From Octopus sinensis (Eukaryota), in assembly GCF_006345805.1 (NCBI RefSeq), contig NC_042998.1, forward strand, positions 75,392,001 through 75,456,000: a DNA stretch of 64,000 nucleotides, written 5' to 3'. The stretch's first letter is position 1. Each line of letters begins with the position of its first letter. A program made the translations under genes and the position numbers. Positions 1-12,900 of this stretch are shown in pieces. The notes beneath the pieces were generated by a model. It was not told where the DNA came from. It saw only the letters and a list, made by a program, of their open reading frames with translations, and searched no databases.

Positions 1-162
1 CGTTTACGCTTGTCCTCTTGTGTCCTGCCAACAAGCCCGGACTTTTCTTTAACACCTTGTCAACTTTGGAAATTCCTTGATTCTTGATTTTTGTGATTAT
101 CTCCTCTTCTCATATAGAGCAGTTCTTACAGTTCTATATTTAAGAGATGAGGAATTATGTAC

Positions 163-285
163 ATTATTTACATTGTTTACATTTGACTGATATTTGAAGG
201 CTGGAGGGTATATCAGCCGAAACTTAGTGTTAACAACAAATAAGATGAGGACAAATATCTGTCAATTGTAAATAACGTAAATAAT
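163..285. mobile_element. Foldback remnant of a Penelope-type pLTR with a truncated hammerhead
   Basis: 163-196 (attatttacattgtttacatttgactgatatttg) is an imperfect inverted repeat of 252-285. The spacer holds tga-a-ggctg(10 nt)cagcc-gaaac, i.e. hammerhead stem II plus GAAA, but CUGA of the core is missing. Confidence 0.5.
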
Positions 286-763
286 AGAGCTGGTCCTCAT
301 TGCCATTTAGTAATAATGACGTGTCCTCTAAAGGAAGAAGTAGTTCTGATAAATCAGAAATTTAGGGTCTATAGTATTTGACATATCTGTGTTCCTTTAA
401 ATGCATTATGCACAATATGTGAAGCATAATTTTAAAATGAGTTCAAACCAAATCATATGCATTTAACAAATCACAGCAGCATGTAGGAAGGAATGAAAAC
501 TTCGTATGTTGGATAAAATAAGCACAACGGTATTTAGTCGACTTCATGTAGAGAACATAACAGGCACGTTGTGACCTGAACTTGGATTAGAACTACATCT
601 TACATGCTCTGAATCATTCGCACATATTCAGTTTGTATTTGCACATTTGATTTCCGTTTAAAACAGCAACGTATTCAATGAGATTCCATACATAACAGTA
701 ATAATTTCATTTCAGCGCACATATGAGCGCACGCAAATAGACACAGAGAGAGAGGGGGGAGAG

Positions 764-765
<2 letters not shown>

Positions 766-828
<63 letters not shown>

Positions 829-1033
829 CTTATGTTCTATTAGCTCGCCTGTTTTTCGTTTCTCTCACAAAAGTTGTCATGGAATATAATATCATTCATG
901 AGTGCGTACGTGTCAGCATATTTTCATTGGTGTGTATGTATGTGTATATAAGTATATTATATATTATAATCAATTTTACCTATACGCATGCGTGCCTAAC
1001 TATTCTCATAAATGTATATGTATTCATATGTGA

Positions 1034-1064
<31 letters not shown>

Positions 1065-1069
1065 CATAT

Positions 1070-1123
<54 letters not shown>

Positions 1124-1213
1124 TAGTAAGAGAGAGAGAGAGAGTATTGTATACACAAGTATATATATGCATACATAAACGCAGATATAAAAATGCTTAA
1201 AATATCCAATATC

Positions 1214-1305
<92 letters not shown>

Positions 1306-1410
1306 GTTATAGATATATAGAGAGATAGATAGACATATATATATGTATCTATGTCTATATCTATCTCTATATATATATCTATATGGGTGTGCGTGTATAT
1401 ATATATATGA
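766..1410. repeat. Cluster of (TA)n microsatellites
   Basis: Long pure TA runs at about 766-824, 1033-1125 and 1217-1300. Confidence 0.95.
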
Positions 1411-2018
1411 ACAGAAAGAGAGAATGCTATATATCAGGATATTAGATATGTGTGTTGTGAGTTTGCGCTCGTATGTACATATAGATATAAATATTATTTA
1501 CTGAAGCACATAAACATATAAGAGAGTATATATAGATATAATTTTGTCAATATTGCTTTTTTAATAAATACTGTATTTTTTCATGTCATTAAACATCAAA
1601 CAACTTAAGATTCTACCTTACTAATGTGTTGTCCTTTTTATGTGTTTACTTGTCTCTCGTTGTTGCCATATAAAATAGATTTTTAATCAACCAGTTTTTC
1701 ATGTTACCCTTTTCTGTTTCATTTCATTTTCTTTATATATCACAGCTACCATAATAACATCGAAATTAAGTTTATGTTGTTGGTAATATATTGAACTTGG
1801 AGTCGTTTTCGATTTTTGTGCCCAAGTTTCATTGTAAGGGGCTTAGTATTGCTTTAACAAACATCTGCAAAGTTTATCGCCTATTGTTTAATACGCAGCG
1901 TGTATATACATACACATATACATATATACGTATGTATGTATATATATATGTATATATATATATATATATATGCACATATATATATATACACCTACATACA
2001 CACGCCCATACACACACA

Positions 2019-2059
<41 letters not shown>

Positions 2060-2064
<5 letters not shown>

Positions 2065-3340
2065 TTGAAATTTATAGAAAAACAAAAGACGAAGATAGGT
2101 GTATAAACAACAAGCAGATGTATTAGTTTGGCGCTCGGGAAGGTGAGAAAGTCTTTCACATTTCGAGCTTACGCTGTTCAACAGAAAGGAACACGACGAA
2201 ATAAACAGAAGGAAAATAAAAACTGAAACTTTTGGAGTTACCGGTCAATCATGACAACTGGTTGGACACAGATAATTAGACAGGGGAGCTAGGAAGAAGG
2301 GGAGATAATAAATATTGGTGATCTAAAAACGAAGGCGCGCGTGCGTATGTGTATGTGAGAGTGCGTATGTGTATGTGAGAGTGTCTGCGTGTAGATAGGG
2401 GCTGGTGACTTTGATGTGTTGATGTGTGAGTGTGTGTGTGCGTCTGTAATGTGTGGGCGTGTGGATGATGGCGTGGGTGCTGGGAAGTGATCCGTGCTAG
2501 TGTGTGCGAGGCGGTGTGATATGATGTGGTGGTGTGGTACGGTATGGCAATGTTGGAGTGAGGGGATGTGAGTGTAGTGTGTGGGGGTAGGGTGGGGTAG
2601 GTGGGAGCAGTGGTGGCGCATGTTGGAGTGAGATGTGTGGGAGAGGATGGAGGGGGTATCACTGAAAGGGGAAGGTGGGTAGGAGTGAAGCGAGGAAGTA
2701 GGTATCAGATGAAGAGAGAGGAACGAGTCAGATGACGAGGAGATAGCGGGTTGAGCCCAAGTGGCCAAATGGTCGAAGAGAGAAGATACATTCTTGTTCA
2801 CGGCGAAGGTGCGAGACCGGATGGCCCCTATGCAAAGACAGTCCGAACACAGAGAGATGTTGTAATGAATGACCGGTAGACGGAAATAGCGCAAGACCGG
2901 GGTGTTATTGCCGAGTCTAATGTCTCGGAGGTGTCCCGCAAACCGGTCAGCCAACCGCCGTCCTGTTTGACCGACGAACAGAGAAGGACAGAATGAGAAG
3001 TAGATGCAGTAAATGACGTTGCGAGAAGTGCAGATAAAGGAGTCAGTGATATGATAGGGACGGTGATGGGTACCTGCGAGGTAGGGGCAAGTGCGACAGC
3101 GTGGACGGGAACAGGGGAACGAGCCAGGTGGGATTAGGAAGTCATGTATGTTGTGGGCTCGTTTGAAGGAGGGGTGGGGTAGGTTGGAGAAGATGGGCGA
3201 AGTGGAAGGGTCGGACTGGAGTCACCGGAAGGCTCGGAGAATGGTACATTGGAGGGTGAAGGGGTCGTAGGTGAGGGAAACGGAACACGGGTAACGGCGG
3301 GGTGGGGGTGGGGAGGTATAGTAGATGCACGGTCCACGTA
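2060..3340 (-). mobile_element. Penelope-like element 3' portion (GIY-YIG endonuclease remnant, CA-rich 3' region, pLTR with degenerate hammerhead)
   Basis: The minus strand reads ...CSRPRCRTCPY...SFICTSRNVIYCIY...LFVGQTGRRLADRFAGHLRDIR, a Cys linker followed by a GIY-YIG motif. A hammerhead-like ctttCTGTTGA..gc/gc..GAAA..aaag lies at 2153-2188. Confidence 0.85.
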
Positions 3341-3345
3341 ACTTG

Positions 3346-3390
<45 letters not shown>

Positions 3391-3395
3391 GCACA

Positions 3396-3965
3396 CTATG
3401 GTCATCCGACACTGTAGGGTTAATAGCAGAATGTGAGGCGGTTCAGAGATACTACACGAGGAAGATTGCATCAATGTAACAACTGAACTACTAGGAGAGA
3501 CTGAAAGAACTACGATTCTACTCCCTGGAGCGAAGACGGGAGAGGTACGCGTGATATATGTATAGAAGATACTGCAGGGGCTGGCACTAAACTTTGGAGT
3601 TGAATGTTACACCAGACCTCGAAATGGACGTCACTGCACTGTTCCAAAAGTCCCAGCTGTCTCATCTATGGCGAGGACCATGTATTGCAATAGCTTGGAA
3701 TTCAAGGGCCCACAGCTATTTAACTCCTTGCCAAAACATCTGAGGAATCTCCTAGGAGTGGGAGTAGATGTTTTCAAGAAGCAACTTGACATTTTACTAT
3801 CCATGATCCTACATGAACCAATATCAAGGGAGGAAGCTCAAAAGAGGACACCGATTTCGAACTTCATCCTTCACCAGAAGCCTAACTCATGGAATTGGTC
3901 AATTAAAAGGTGATTACAATGGCGGTGGAATCAGCCTGACTTCCATATAAGAACTACTTACAAAG
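3396..3965 (+). mobile_element. CR1-like LINE 3' fragment (decayed)
   Basis: Translates as ...VQRYYTRKI...ERLKELRFYSLERRRERY...GPQLFNSLPKHLRN...FKKQLD, the same C-terminal motifs as the LINE at 52.9-53.5 kb. In-frame stops present. Confidence 0.85.
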
Positions 3966-4137
3966 AAAAGGTACTATATATAAGTGAATATGTTCAAATA
4001 GCTTTTCAACTCTCAGAGCTATTTTACTAATTCTCCTTTTCCTTAGTTTTTGAAAGTATGTTTGTAAGTTAGGGACTTTTCTGATTGACTGAAATTGGAA
4101 TCAAGAAAGGATCATTGTCCTATGTGTTTGCATACAC

Positions 4138-4412
<275 letters not shown>

Positions 4413-4414
4413 AA

Positions 4415-5313
4415 ACGTATCATCTGATTAAAAGGATGAGCCTATATGAGCAGAAGACTATGCATGGATATGTCAGTAGAAAGCTCCGTAATGACAGTAA
4501 CATCAATCATCAAAGCAGTTTATCATGGACGAATAGCCGGATTACTATGTCATTCTTTGAAAGGTATCGTTAGCAATCCAGGAATAGGAAATGTCAACCA
4601 AGTACCTGATGCACAAAAGGGATAAATAGTCAGGAAAAGTGGTAAAATGTGACAACTGATGCAGACTTTGTGGAGTTCACACTGTAGATATCACCCACAC
4701 CATAAGCAGTTGTCCGAAAATGTCATCACGGTTTATCAACCGATGAGACATGATGTTGTAGCTAGGACATTCTATAATGAAATCTGTCGGAAATATAATC
4801 CCGAGGACAATGAAATAAGAACGTACAATATGGTACAAGTCATAGCCACTCAAGATAAAAAGGTATACTGGTGGAATGTACCAGTGAAGACCTCAATAAA
4901 ATCAAAACACAACAGACCTGATATAAAGATTTGGGATAGAGAAAAGAAATTGTGCACTGTTGTAGAAATTAGCTGCCCAGCAGATTTTAACATAAAGCTA
5001 AAGATCAGTGAAAAAGAGAACACCTATGCTGAACAATTGAGAAATTGAAGTCTCTCTATCCAGATTACAAGATTCGGTTTATATCTGTAATTATTGGGGC
5101 CCTGGGATATGTAACACCCTACCTAAATACCAATATTGATAATTAAGCTTCTCAGAACTAGAAAGATGGAAACTAATCCGAAGACTACAGATACAATCCA
5201 TCATTGGCACTGTAAAATCTGTAAATCCAGTTTATCATTATATTATATATGAGCATGTCTAGATATGGAACTATATGCATGTGAATACATACATAAAACA
5301 TACAAATCTGCAC

Positions 5314-5344
<31 letters not shown>

Positions 5345-5555
5345 CATACATACATACATACATACATACATACATACATACATACATACATACATGCATA
5401 CATACATACATACACATACTCACACACACACACACATGCATAATACCATGTTGTTGATGTTGAAATACCAATGAAGGAACCTTGAATCTAGGTTAGAAAA
5501 CGGTTATTTCTCTATTGGCAAGAAATCTTGAAGTAAACTTTATAATGACATACAT
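4415..5555 (+). mobile_element. R4/Dong-like non-LTR retrotransposon 3' part (zinc knuckle plus restriction-like endonuclease, 3' UTR)
   Basis: CRLCG...H..SSCP...RHDVVAR...WWNVPV...HNRPDIKIWD...VVEISCP...EKENTY...IIGALG matches the CCHC plus PD-(D/E)xK RLE domain. Frameshifted. Flanked by CATA repeats. Confidence 0.85.
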
Positions 5556-6944
5556 ATGTAGGTACATACATGTATACAAATTTACATTCATATGCACATG
5601 CATATATACTTTTAAGTAACAATATAGAGTGAATATGTCTTTATATATGCAGAGAGAGGAAAGTGGAAATCAGGGTAACGATTTAAAGGTATTACTACAA
5701 ATAATTTTCACAATTACATTCAAAAGATCTGACTTAAATGATTTAATTTTAATTATATTTATAAATGCATATTGTATCGCAGCTGGAAAGCAAGTTTATA
5801 TATTTAGTAAGGAATAAATTCGAATTCTTACGTAAAAATACTAAACTTCTAAAATATAATATTGAACAAACTTAAATACACACATAGTCATACGCACACG
5901 TGTGTGCACACGCACACACATACACACACATTTAAATGTACTACTATATACTTGTACACGCGCGCACTTATGTGTGTGTATTTGTGTATAAGTGGGTCTG
6001 TTTCTAAGTAGTATTCATTTATGACTTTCATGTAAATAAGGGCATCAATGTCAGATGATAATGGCTAGTTATAAATTGTATGATCTGAAAAAATTAATAT
6101 TTTCACTAGAATAAATTATTTTCTCCATTATTAACGAGTATTTTATTTATTTACATTAGTTTCCTCCTTTGTTTAAAATCTATCTTTACATAGAACTTGA
6201 ACAAAGTAAGATTGCACCGGAATAATTTGCCTAATGTATCCTCCATGTAAAGGTAATATTCTTGAATTCGTTGCCAGCGAAATAACAGGTTCATTATTTG
6301 CTAAGATAATTTCTTATAACTATAGTTTGATTTCGTTTAGAGTGTCGACCATTTTTAACGCTTCGTTGGTTTCTTGTTTAATCATAGATCAACTCTTTAA
6401 CTTGTAAATCTGTGATATTTTGTATTTACTAATTGAAATGCATTGTTTACGCACTCTGTTTTTTGATCAGCAATGTTAACGTCGATTTGTCTCTTTGATT
6501 CGTTTCTTCTGTATTACCGAATTTTCTGGGGCTTATTTTGGTGTTGGTGGGTGGCGGTTATCTAACACTTCGCTAGACGTGCAGAAAATCGCTTATATTA
6601 AAGGGGAAAATACATCATTCACGACCTGCTGACGATACGAATTCCCATCGACATATTTGGCAAATACAGCATTAGATCAAACGCTTGATAACATTGCGAA
6701 ATTCTTTCTCTATCACATTAAAAAGGCTATCATTATCTTGTGAATTAATATCGCTCGTCAAAAATATTTCATGACGCGGATTCGAAACTATCAGGTCCGC
6801 ATTTGAATATTCTGCTTCGAAAATATCATTATACAAACAATGAACTGGCTCAGATAATAGGCTATTCTCAGTGAATAATATGATGAAAGAAAGTGACTCT
6901 ACGCTCTTCTTCTCTTTTTTGCAAACTAATTTATTTCTTCAGTT

Positions 6945-7260
6945 GAAGGTGTGTGGCTAAGTGGTTCGGGCATTCGGCTCACGATCGTATGGGTTGTGAG
7001 TTCGATACCTACCGGCGTGTTGTGTCTTTTATTGTGACACTTTATTTTACGTTGCGCCACTCTACTTAGTTGATAAAAATAAGTAGTACCTGTATTTCAA
7101 ATGGTCAGCCTTGTAACATTCTGTGTGATGCTGAAGTCTCATTATGAGTACGCATGTGTGTGGAGTGCTCAGCCACTTGCACAAAATAATGTTACGAGAA
7201 AGCTGTTCAGTCGGCCGGTTCAAATGGAACCCACGTTTTTGTAACGGACAGAGTGCCATT
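6945..7260 (+). mobile_element. tRNA-derived SINE, family C (degenerate)
   Basis: A-box-like tggctaagtgg and B-box-like gagttcgatacc. The 3' part matches the reverse complement of 11700-11880. Confidence 0.65.
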
Positions 7261-8299
7261 TTGTTTTTCTTTTGATTGTCTCCTCAGAGCCTTGCATTGG
7301 CAGTTTTGGTTTTTTTTCTACAGAGTAGCGTCTTTTTACTCCTCTGTACACTGACCTGCCCGAAGTAATGTTACCAGTGGAGCAAAGTAATTTACCATAG
7401 CTATTTAGAACGATCATGCAGATTACAATGCTGCAGTTTCTTTGAACCTACACAACTCGTTTACGTTTAACTTGCGAGAACTAAGCGATTTTGATCTTTC
7501 CATAGTCATTGAAAATATGAACGGTTATTACAATTTACTTTCACGAGCCACCGCAGCTAAAATCAGAGTCACGATACATTGTAGTGGTACTCTACGAACT
7601 ATTGTAGAATAGTTTTGTAACCAATGGCGGCTTATGTGATTGCACACCATTCGTCGGATATTAGCATTTAGCTGCACACACACGGAAACAAACGAATTTT
7701 CTCAATTTTTGTATAGTGAAATTAATCACAATGCGCGTGATATACAAAATGATCTAGTATTAATTTCCAGATATAAAACTCTGCTCTCTCCCTCCATCCC
7801 TCTCTCTCTATCTATCTATCAATATATCTATCTCTTTCTCTTCCGCCTTCTCTTTCTCTCTCTCTCTATCTATTTATCTATCTATCTATCTCCCTCACAC
7901 ACACACACACAACACTTATTTAAACTTGCACTGGTAGTATTTCATAATTAATATATGAAGAACTGTTTCCATATGTCGCTTGAACTGTAATTTTTTCCCC
8001 CTCAACATATGATCTTATGTAAATATCAATATTTGTTGATCATCAATGTCATATAAAATTTAGAATTGTTATACCACCATAAAAGGAACAGATCTATAAG
8101 TTACAATTTGAAAACACAGAAATAACACTATGTATGTTGTAATTATAATCATTATGCATTTAATTGTCTTCACTGCAGAACCGATACGTCGTTTTATACC
8201 CTGCAGTCTAACGGATTGCTGACATCCACCAAAGTACACAATATATATGTGTATGCATGTATGTATCATGCGCGGGGACATAGAAATAATTGGACTGAA

Positions 8300-8890
8300 T
8301 ACCCGATCGCGCGGTTAAACCATTGGGAGTGAAGGACTCCTAGCCTTTGTTAGGGCATCCTTCTAGGAGAATGTAACTCGGGTAACTGGGATAACTCTGA
8401 CATAAGACCTGCGGCTCAGTGGTTACCGATGATGTTGACTTGTTCTTCTTTTCGGATTATGGCTGCTGTTGCTTAGTGAGTGGGATTGACTTTCCTCACT
8501 TAAAAAATCTTCTTGCACAGGCTTTTCACGATAAAAACATTGATTAAGCTTCGTGCAATGGCCATACTCGATAACGAGGGGCAGCCACCATATATATATA
8601 AGGTGTCCAGGTGTCGATTAGACCCAATATGTTCCTTACGAGCTAAAAGCGACCTAAGGACGAAGTTCCTCGTTCCCCTTTTTGACACACATGGACTGGT
8701 CTAAGAGAGGTAACCCGTCCTCGCTGACTATATCTCTATATATTTTTTAGTTGCTAACCGTAACGGATTACTGCCTCCTAGGGGTGAAGAACTATATGGC
8801 CTTCGGTTTTGAGTTTGACGAGTCGTCTATCGGGCTAAGCCTTTCATGGATGCGAAACCATTGGTCACTCTATGACCGGACATATACTTA
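8300..8890 (+). mobile_element. Probable RTE-related 5' UTR / non-autonomous element
   Basis: GC-enriched segment with tagggcatccttctaggagaatgtaactc, resembling a motif in RTE-clade 5' UTRs. No coding support. Confidence 0.35.
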
Positions 8891-9366
8891 ACTGCATATA
8901 AATACCTTACTGCTATATGCTTTAGAGTGTGCTTCTTTTTTCCTGATATGATACACTGACGGTATGTGTGTGTGTGTGTGTGTGTATGAACGCATTTATA
9001 TATACATGTGTGAGCGCAAATGTGTGGAAAATGTTAATGAGTACGAGTGAAAGGATGGGTGAGGGGGTGTACAACGAAAGTTCGTATGCATGCTCCCTTT
9101 CTGTGCCAGAAAACAGACAGTCTGTGTCAATTACTATAAACATGACAATTAACAGACTATATCGTATTTTATTCTCGGAACGCTACCACTGTTTCCATTA
9201 TGCCAGCAGATGGGTATTGTTATCATCGTTGCTATTAACACAAGTGTCATGGTCGTTATCACATAGACTGGCTTGGTCTCGAACTTCTGTGATCTGTTTC
9301 TGTATCTCTTACTATGCCCTTGCACTTGAAGATTTCGTTGATAACTTTCATAACGGCATGAGAATT

Positions 9367-9768
9367 TAACTGGCAGTTTTTTCTAGCGGTGTCATATGAA
9401 AATTGTCACCCATAATTATGACCCTAGTATCGATCTATTGCATTTCAATCTGTTTTAGGGTTAGGGTTAGGGGTGGGGGGAAGGGTATCTTTTTTTTCTT
9501 CACAAATGTAAATAAACCCAATCTGTTTCTTAAACGAGGGACATATTCATACGGCACAGAATGTTGTTTACCTCAATGGACATCATTGATTGGTTGAAAT
9601 TGTAGAAATTGAAGAAAAAAACAAATATCTTACAAACTATAGAATTTTCTCAATAAAGCCAAGAGAAAAAGATGTTTTATAAACACATTCAACCAGTATA
9701 CGAAGTTTAAAATTTTTTAGTTACCTAGAAATTATGTTAAAAACTGCCGTTCAAACCGAAAAGATCCT
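9367..9768. mobile_element. MITE-like element with an internal (TTAGGG)n-like stretch
   Basis: aactggcagttttt at the left is inverted to aaaaactgccgtt near the right end. ttagggttagggttagggg lies at about 9455-9473. Confidence 0.5.
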
Positions 9769-9920
9769 TTAACTCCAACCATTATCTTTTTTTTTTTTTT
9801 GCTAAATACCGAAGAGATTATTTTTTAAAAAATGTAATATAATTATTTAACAAGTAGCTATATAATTCTGGCAATAATTAGTCGAATGACGTGTATGTTT
9901 TATAAGGTGTAAAATGTAAT

Positions 9921-10344
9921 AAGGCGGCGAGCTGGCAGAAACGTTAGCACGCCGGGCGAAATGCGTAGCCGTATTTCGTCCGCCGTTACGTTCTGTGTCC
10001 AAATTCCGCCGAGGTTGACTTTGCCTTTCATCCTTTCGGGGTCGATTAAATAAGTACCAGTTACGCACTGGGGTCGATATAATCGACTTAATCCGTGTGT
10101 CTGTCCTTGTTTGTTCTCTCTGTGTTTGGCCCGTTGTGGGTAGTAAAGAAATAGGTAGTTCGTCTGTCTTTACGTTCTGAGTTCAAATTCCGCTGAGGTC
10201 GACTTTGCCTTTCATCCTTTCGGGGTCGATTAAATAAGTACCAGTTACGCACTGGCGTCGATATAATCGACTTAATCCGTTTGTCTGTCCTTGTTTGTTC
10301 CCTCTGTGTTTAGCTTAGCCCCTTGTGGGTAGTAAAGAAATAGG
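9921..10344 (+). mobile_element. tRNA-derived SINE, family A, with duplicated 3' two-thirds
   Basis: Head ggcggcgagctggcagaaacgttagc, B-box-like gttcaaattcc, core gcctttcatcctttcggggtcgataaattaagtaccag present twice. Many near-identical copies in the window. Confidence 0.9.
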
Positions 10345-10367
10345 TATAAAATGTTTTCTGCATTTTA

Positions 10368-10660
10368 GGAGCGGCTGTGTCGATCAAAGCCTTGTGAATG
10401 GATTTGGTAGACGGAAACTGAAAGAAGCCAGTCGTATATATGTGTGTATATGTTTGTGTGTCTGTATTTGCCCCACCCCACCCATCGCTTGACAACTGAT
10501 GTTGGTGTGTTCATGTCTACGTAACACAGCAGTTCGGCAAAAGAGATCGTACTAGACTTACAAAGAATAAGTCCTGAAGTTGATTTTTTCGATTCAAGGC
10601 GGTGTACCATCATGGCCGCAGTCAAATGACTGAAAAAGTAAAAGAATAAAAGAATAAAAT
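10368..10660 (+). mobile_element. tRNA-derived SINE, family B (internally deleted)
   Basis: Matches 24969-25372 (gatttggtagacggaaactgaaagaagcc...catggccgcagtcaaatgactgaaa). Confidence 0.85.
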
Positions 10661-10682
10661 AATTATATATATGTACGTGTGT

Positions 10683-11146
10683 TTGTGTGTAGGGTCAGTT
10701 GGGCACCGTCTGTGAGAATTGCACGATGTGGCAATTTACTCTGCCAAAAATTTGTAAACGACATGCTGTACAGCTTGACATTCGTACCGGAAGCTCCAAT
10801 ACAAACAGATGGTGAACACACAGAACAACAGCTGCCTTGCTGTGTCCCCAAAACATATACCGACAGAGATAAAAATCAAGCATCCAGTGAACAACATGGT
10901 GTTTGGAGTGATCACTAGTGATGGTGACTTTATGCCTCTATTCATCTTCCCACACAGCCTCAAAACCAACACGGAGGCCTACATCAAGTGCCTAGAGGGG
11001 GTAGTGGTACTCTGGGTCAAGAGGGTGGATGCTGGAAGATCGTATATCTTGCAACAAGACTCTGCACCATACCAAACAAGCAGGAAATCCCGTCAGACAA
11101 TTTCTGCGACCACATCACCCCTAACATTTGGCCACCTAACTCCCCG
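10683..11146 (+). mobile_element. Tc1/mariner-superfamily transposase fragment (pseudogene)
   Basis: KHPVNNMVFGVITSDG...YIKCLEGVV...YILQQDSAPYQTS, then a frameshifted WPPNSP: the catalytic-domain motifs of DD(E/D) transposases. Confidence 0.85.
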
Positions 11147-11699
11147 AGTTAGGCGAGTTTATCAAATATGTGTATGTATGTATACATATACATATATGCA
11201 TATATATATATGTGTGTGTGTGTGTGTGTATTATATTATTATTATTATGGCATATTATATTATATCATGTTATAAACTGTTGATTAAAAATTCTAATTCG
11301 TATCTTGGTAGACATAAGCATTCATTCAATTTTTTGTGCTATATTAAGCCTTACAATTTAATATAAAATTCCTATCAGTATTTAGTAACTTTTAGCCATT
11401 GATGAATGTTTTAAGTCTTGCGTTTACAGCAGTAATCTCTTACCTATTTGGGTGTTGTTTGTCTCTCGCTATTACTGATTTTGACCTTTTTTATCGTGGT
11501 TGTTAAAATGAACGATCGATTTTTAAGAATGTTTCACAGTTGCATGCAACATGTGTGTTTATGGCTCGTAGTTTTTTCTTTGCGTTCTTTAAAATTTCAT
11601 TTGCATCATTGTTTAATTAACACTAGAATAATGTTTCATTGTTTCATTTAAATTCTGTTCCGTACTCGTTAAGACAGACGTTCAAAGTATAATAGCTCA

Positions 11700-12089
11700 T
11701 GTGGAAAGCACTCCGTCGGTTACGACGACGAGGGTTCCGGTTGATCCGATCAACGGAACAGCCTGCTCGTGAAATTAACGTGTAAGTGGCTGAGCACTCC
11801 ACAGACACGTGTACCCTTAACGTAGTTCTCGGGGATATTCAGCGTGACACAGAGAGTGACAAGGCCGGCCCTTTGAAATACAGGTACAAAAGAAACACGA
11901 AGTAAGATTGAGAGAAAGTTGTGGTCAAGGAGTACAGCAGGGATCACCACCATCCCTGCCGGAGCCTCGTGGAGCTTTAGGTGTTTTCGCTCAATAAACA
12001 CTCACAACGCCCGGTCTGGGAATCGAAATCGCGATCCTACGACTGCGAGTCCGCTGCCCTAACTAACCACTGGGCCATTGCGCCTCCAC
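11700..12089 (-). mobile_element. tRNA-derived SINE, family C
   Basis: The minus strand starts gtggaggcgcaatggcccagtggttag... with B-box-like gatttcgattccc. Homologous to 24546-24853. Confidence 0.85.
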
Positions 12090-12129
12090 TCATATGCTCA
12101 CAATAGCTCATGTATGTTTGTTTCTATTA

Positions 12130-12900
12130 TGATAGTGAATTTTAGGTGCTAATCTTTTTCCAGATACGATAAATACGTTTCCTATGCGAGCCTGGTTGGT
12201 AAATGGAATACGTGTTAGCAAGTAGGTGTAATTTAGTTCTTAAGCTTCTTTAATGTTACTTGTATTTTAACCCGTTGTTTACTGACATTTGTATAATGTG
12301 CTATTTCTTGTGGCTTATAATACTGATAAACACTGAAGATCAGTTGGCTATATTTTGTTTATTCCTTTTATATACTTTTGTTTCTAAAACATTAGTCTGA
12401 TGTTTGTTACACCTTTTTATACATTTCAGTCGTCATAATGAGAATGTTTGGCAGTATCTTCCTTGTTCTATGCAGACTATACATATTTAGCATTCTATGT
12501 CGTTGTTCTTATGGAATGGAGCATTTGTTATGTGTTGTGGGCTCCGTTCTCTCATGTATCGAAGTTTTTATGCCTTCTAATACCTGGGAAGTGTTTAAAT
12601 ATTGTTTGGCACTACTAGGTGTCGAAAATATGATAACCTATGTACTTTTAGATTTAATGTTTTATGATGAAGTTTACGTAGTTGTTTGTATATTCGTTTC
12701 GATGTTTCCTGCTATTTTTAGATTCACCTATAACCTGCAATGGGAGGAATCTACTTTTATTATATATTTTGTTACATCATTTTATGTTCAAGTTTTTATG
12801 ATTTTGTATTTAATTGAATCTAAATGGAAAATTTTATTAGACACAGTACATTAGGATTTTAGTGGCATCATAATTATTGGGTTTGATGCAAGCAAGTTAG
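12130..12900 (-). mobile_element. Ancient LINE remnant (CR1/L2-like)
   Basis: Only weak, interrupted similarity to LINE ORF2 C-terminal sequence. Confidence 0.3.

Noticed and set aside
9455-9473. Interstitial telomere
   Set aside because: Only about 3 TTAGGG units, inside a MITE-like repeat.
9921-10344. CRISPR-like or other prokaryotic repeat system
   Set aside because: The repeats are long SINE units without unique spacers, and there are no cas or operon-like ORFs in the window.
11990-12089. tRNA gene
   Set aside because: The tRNA-like head continues into a repeated SINE body and does not form a clean cloverleaf.
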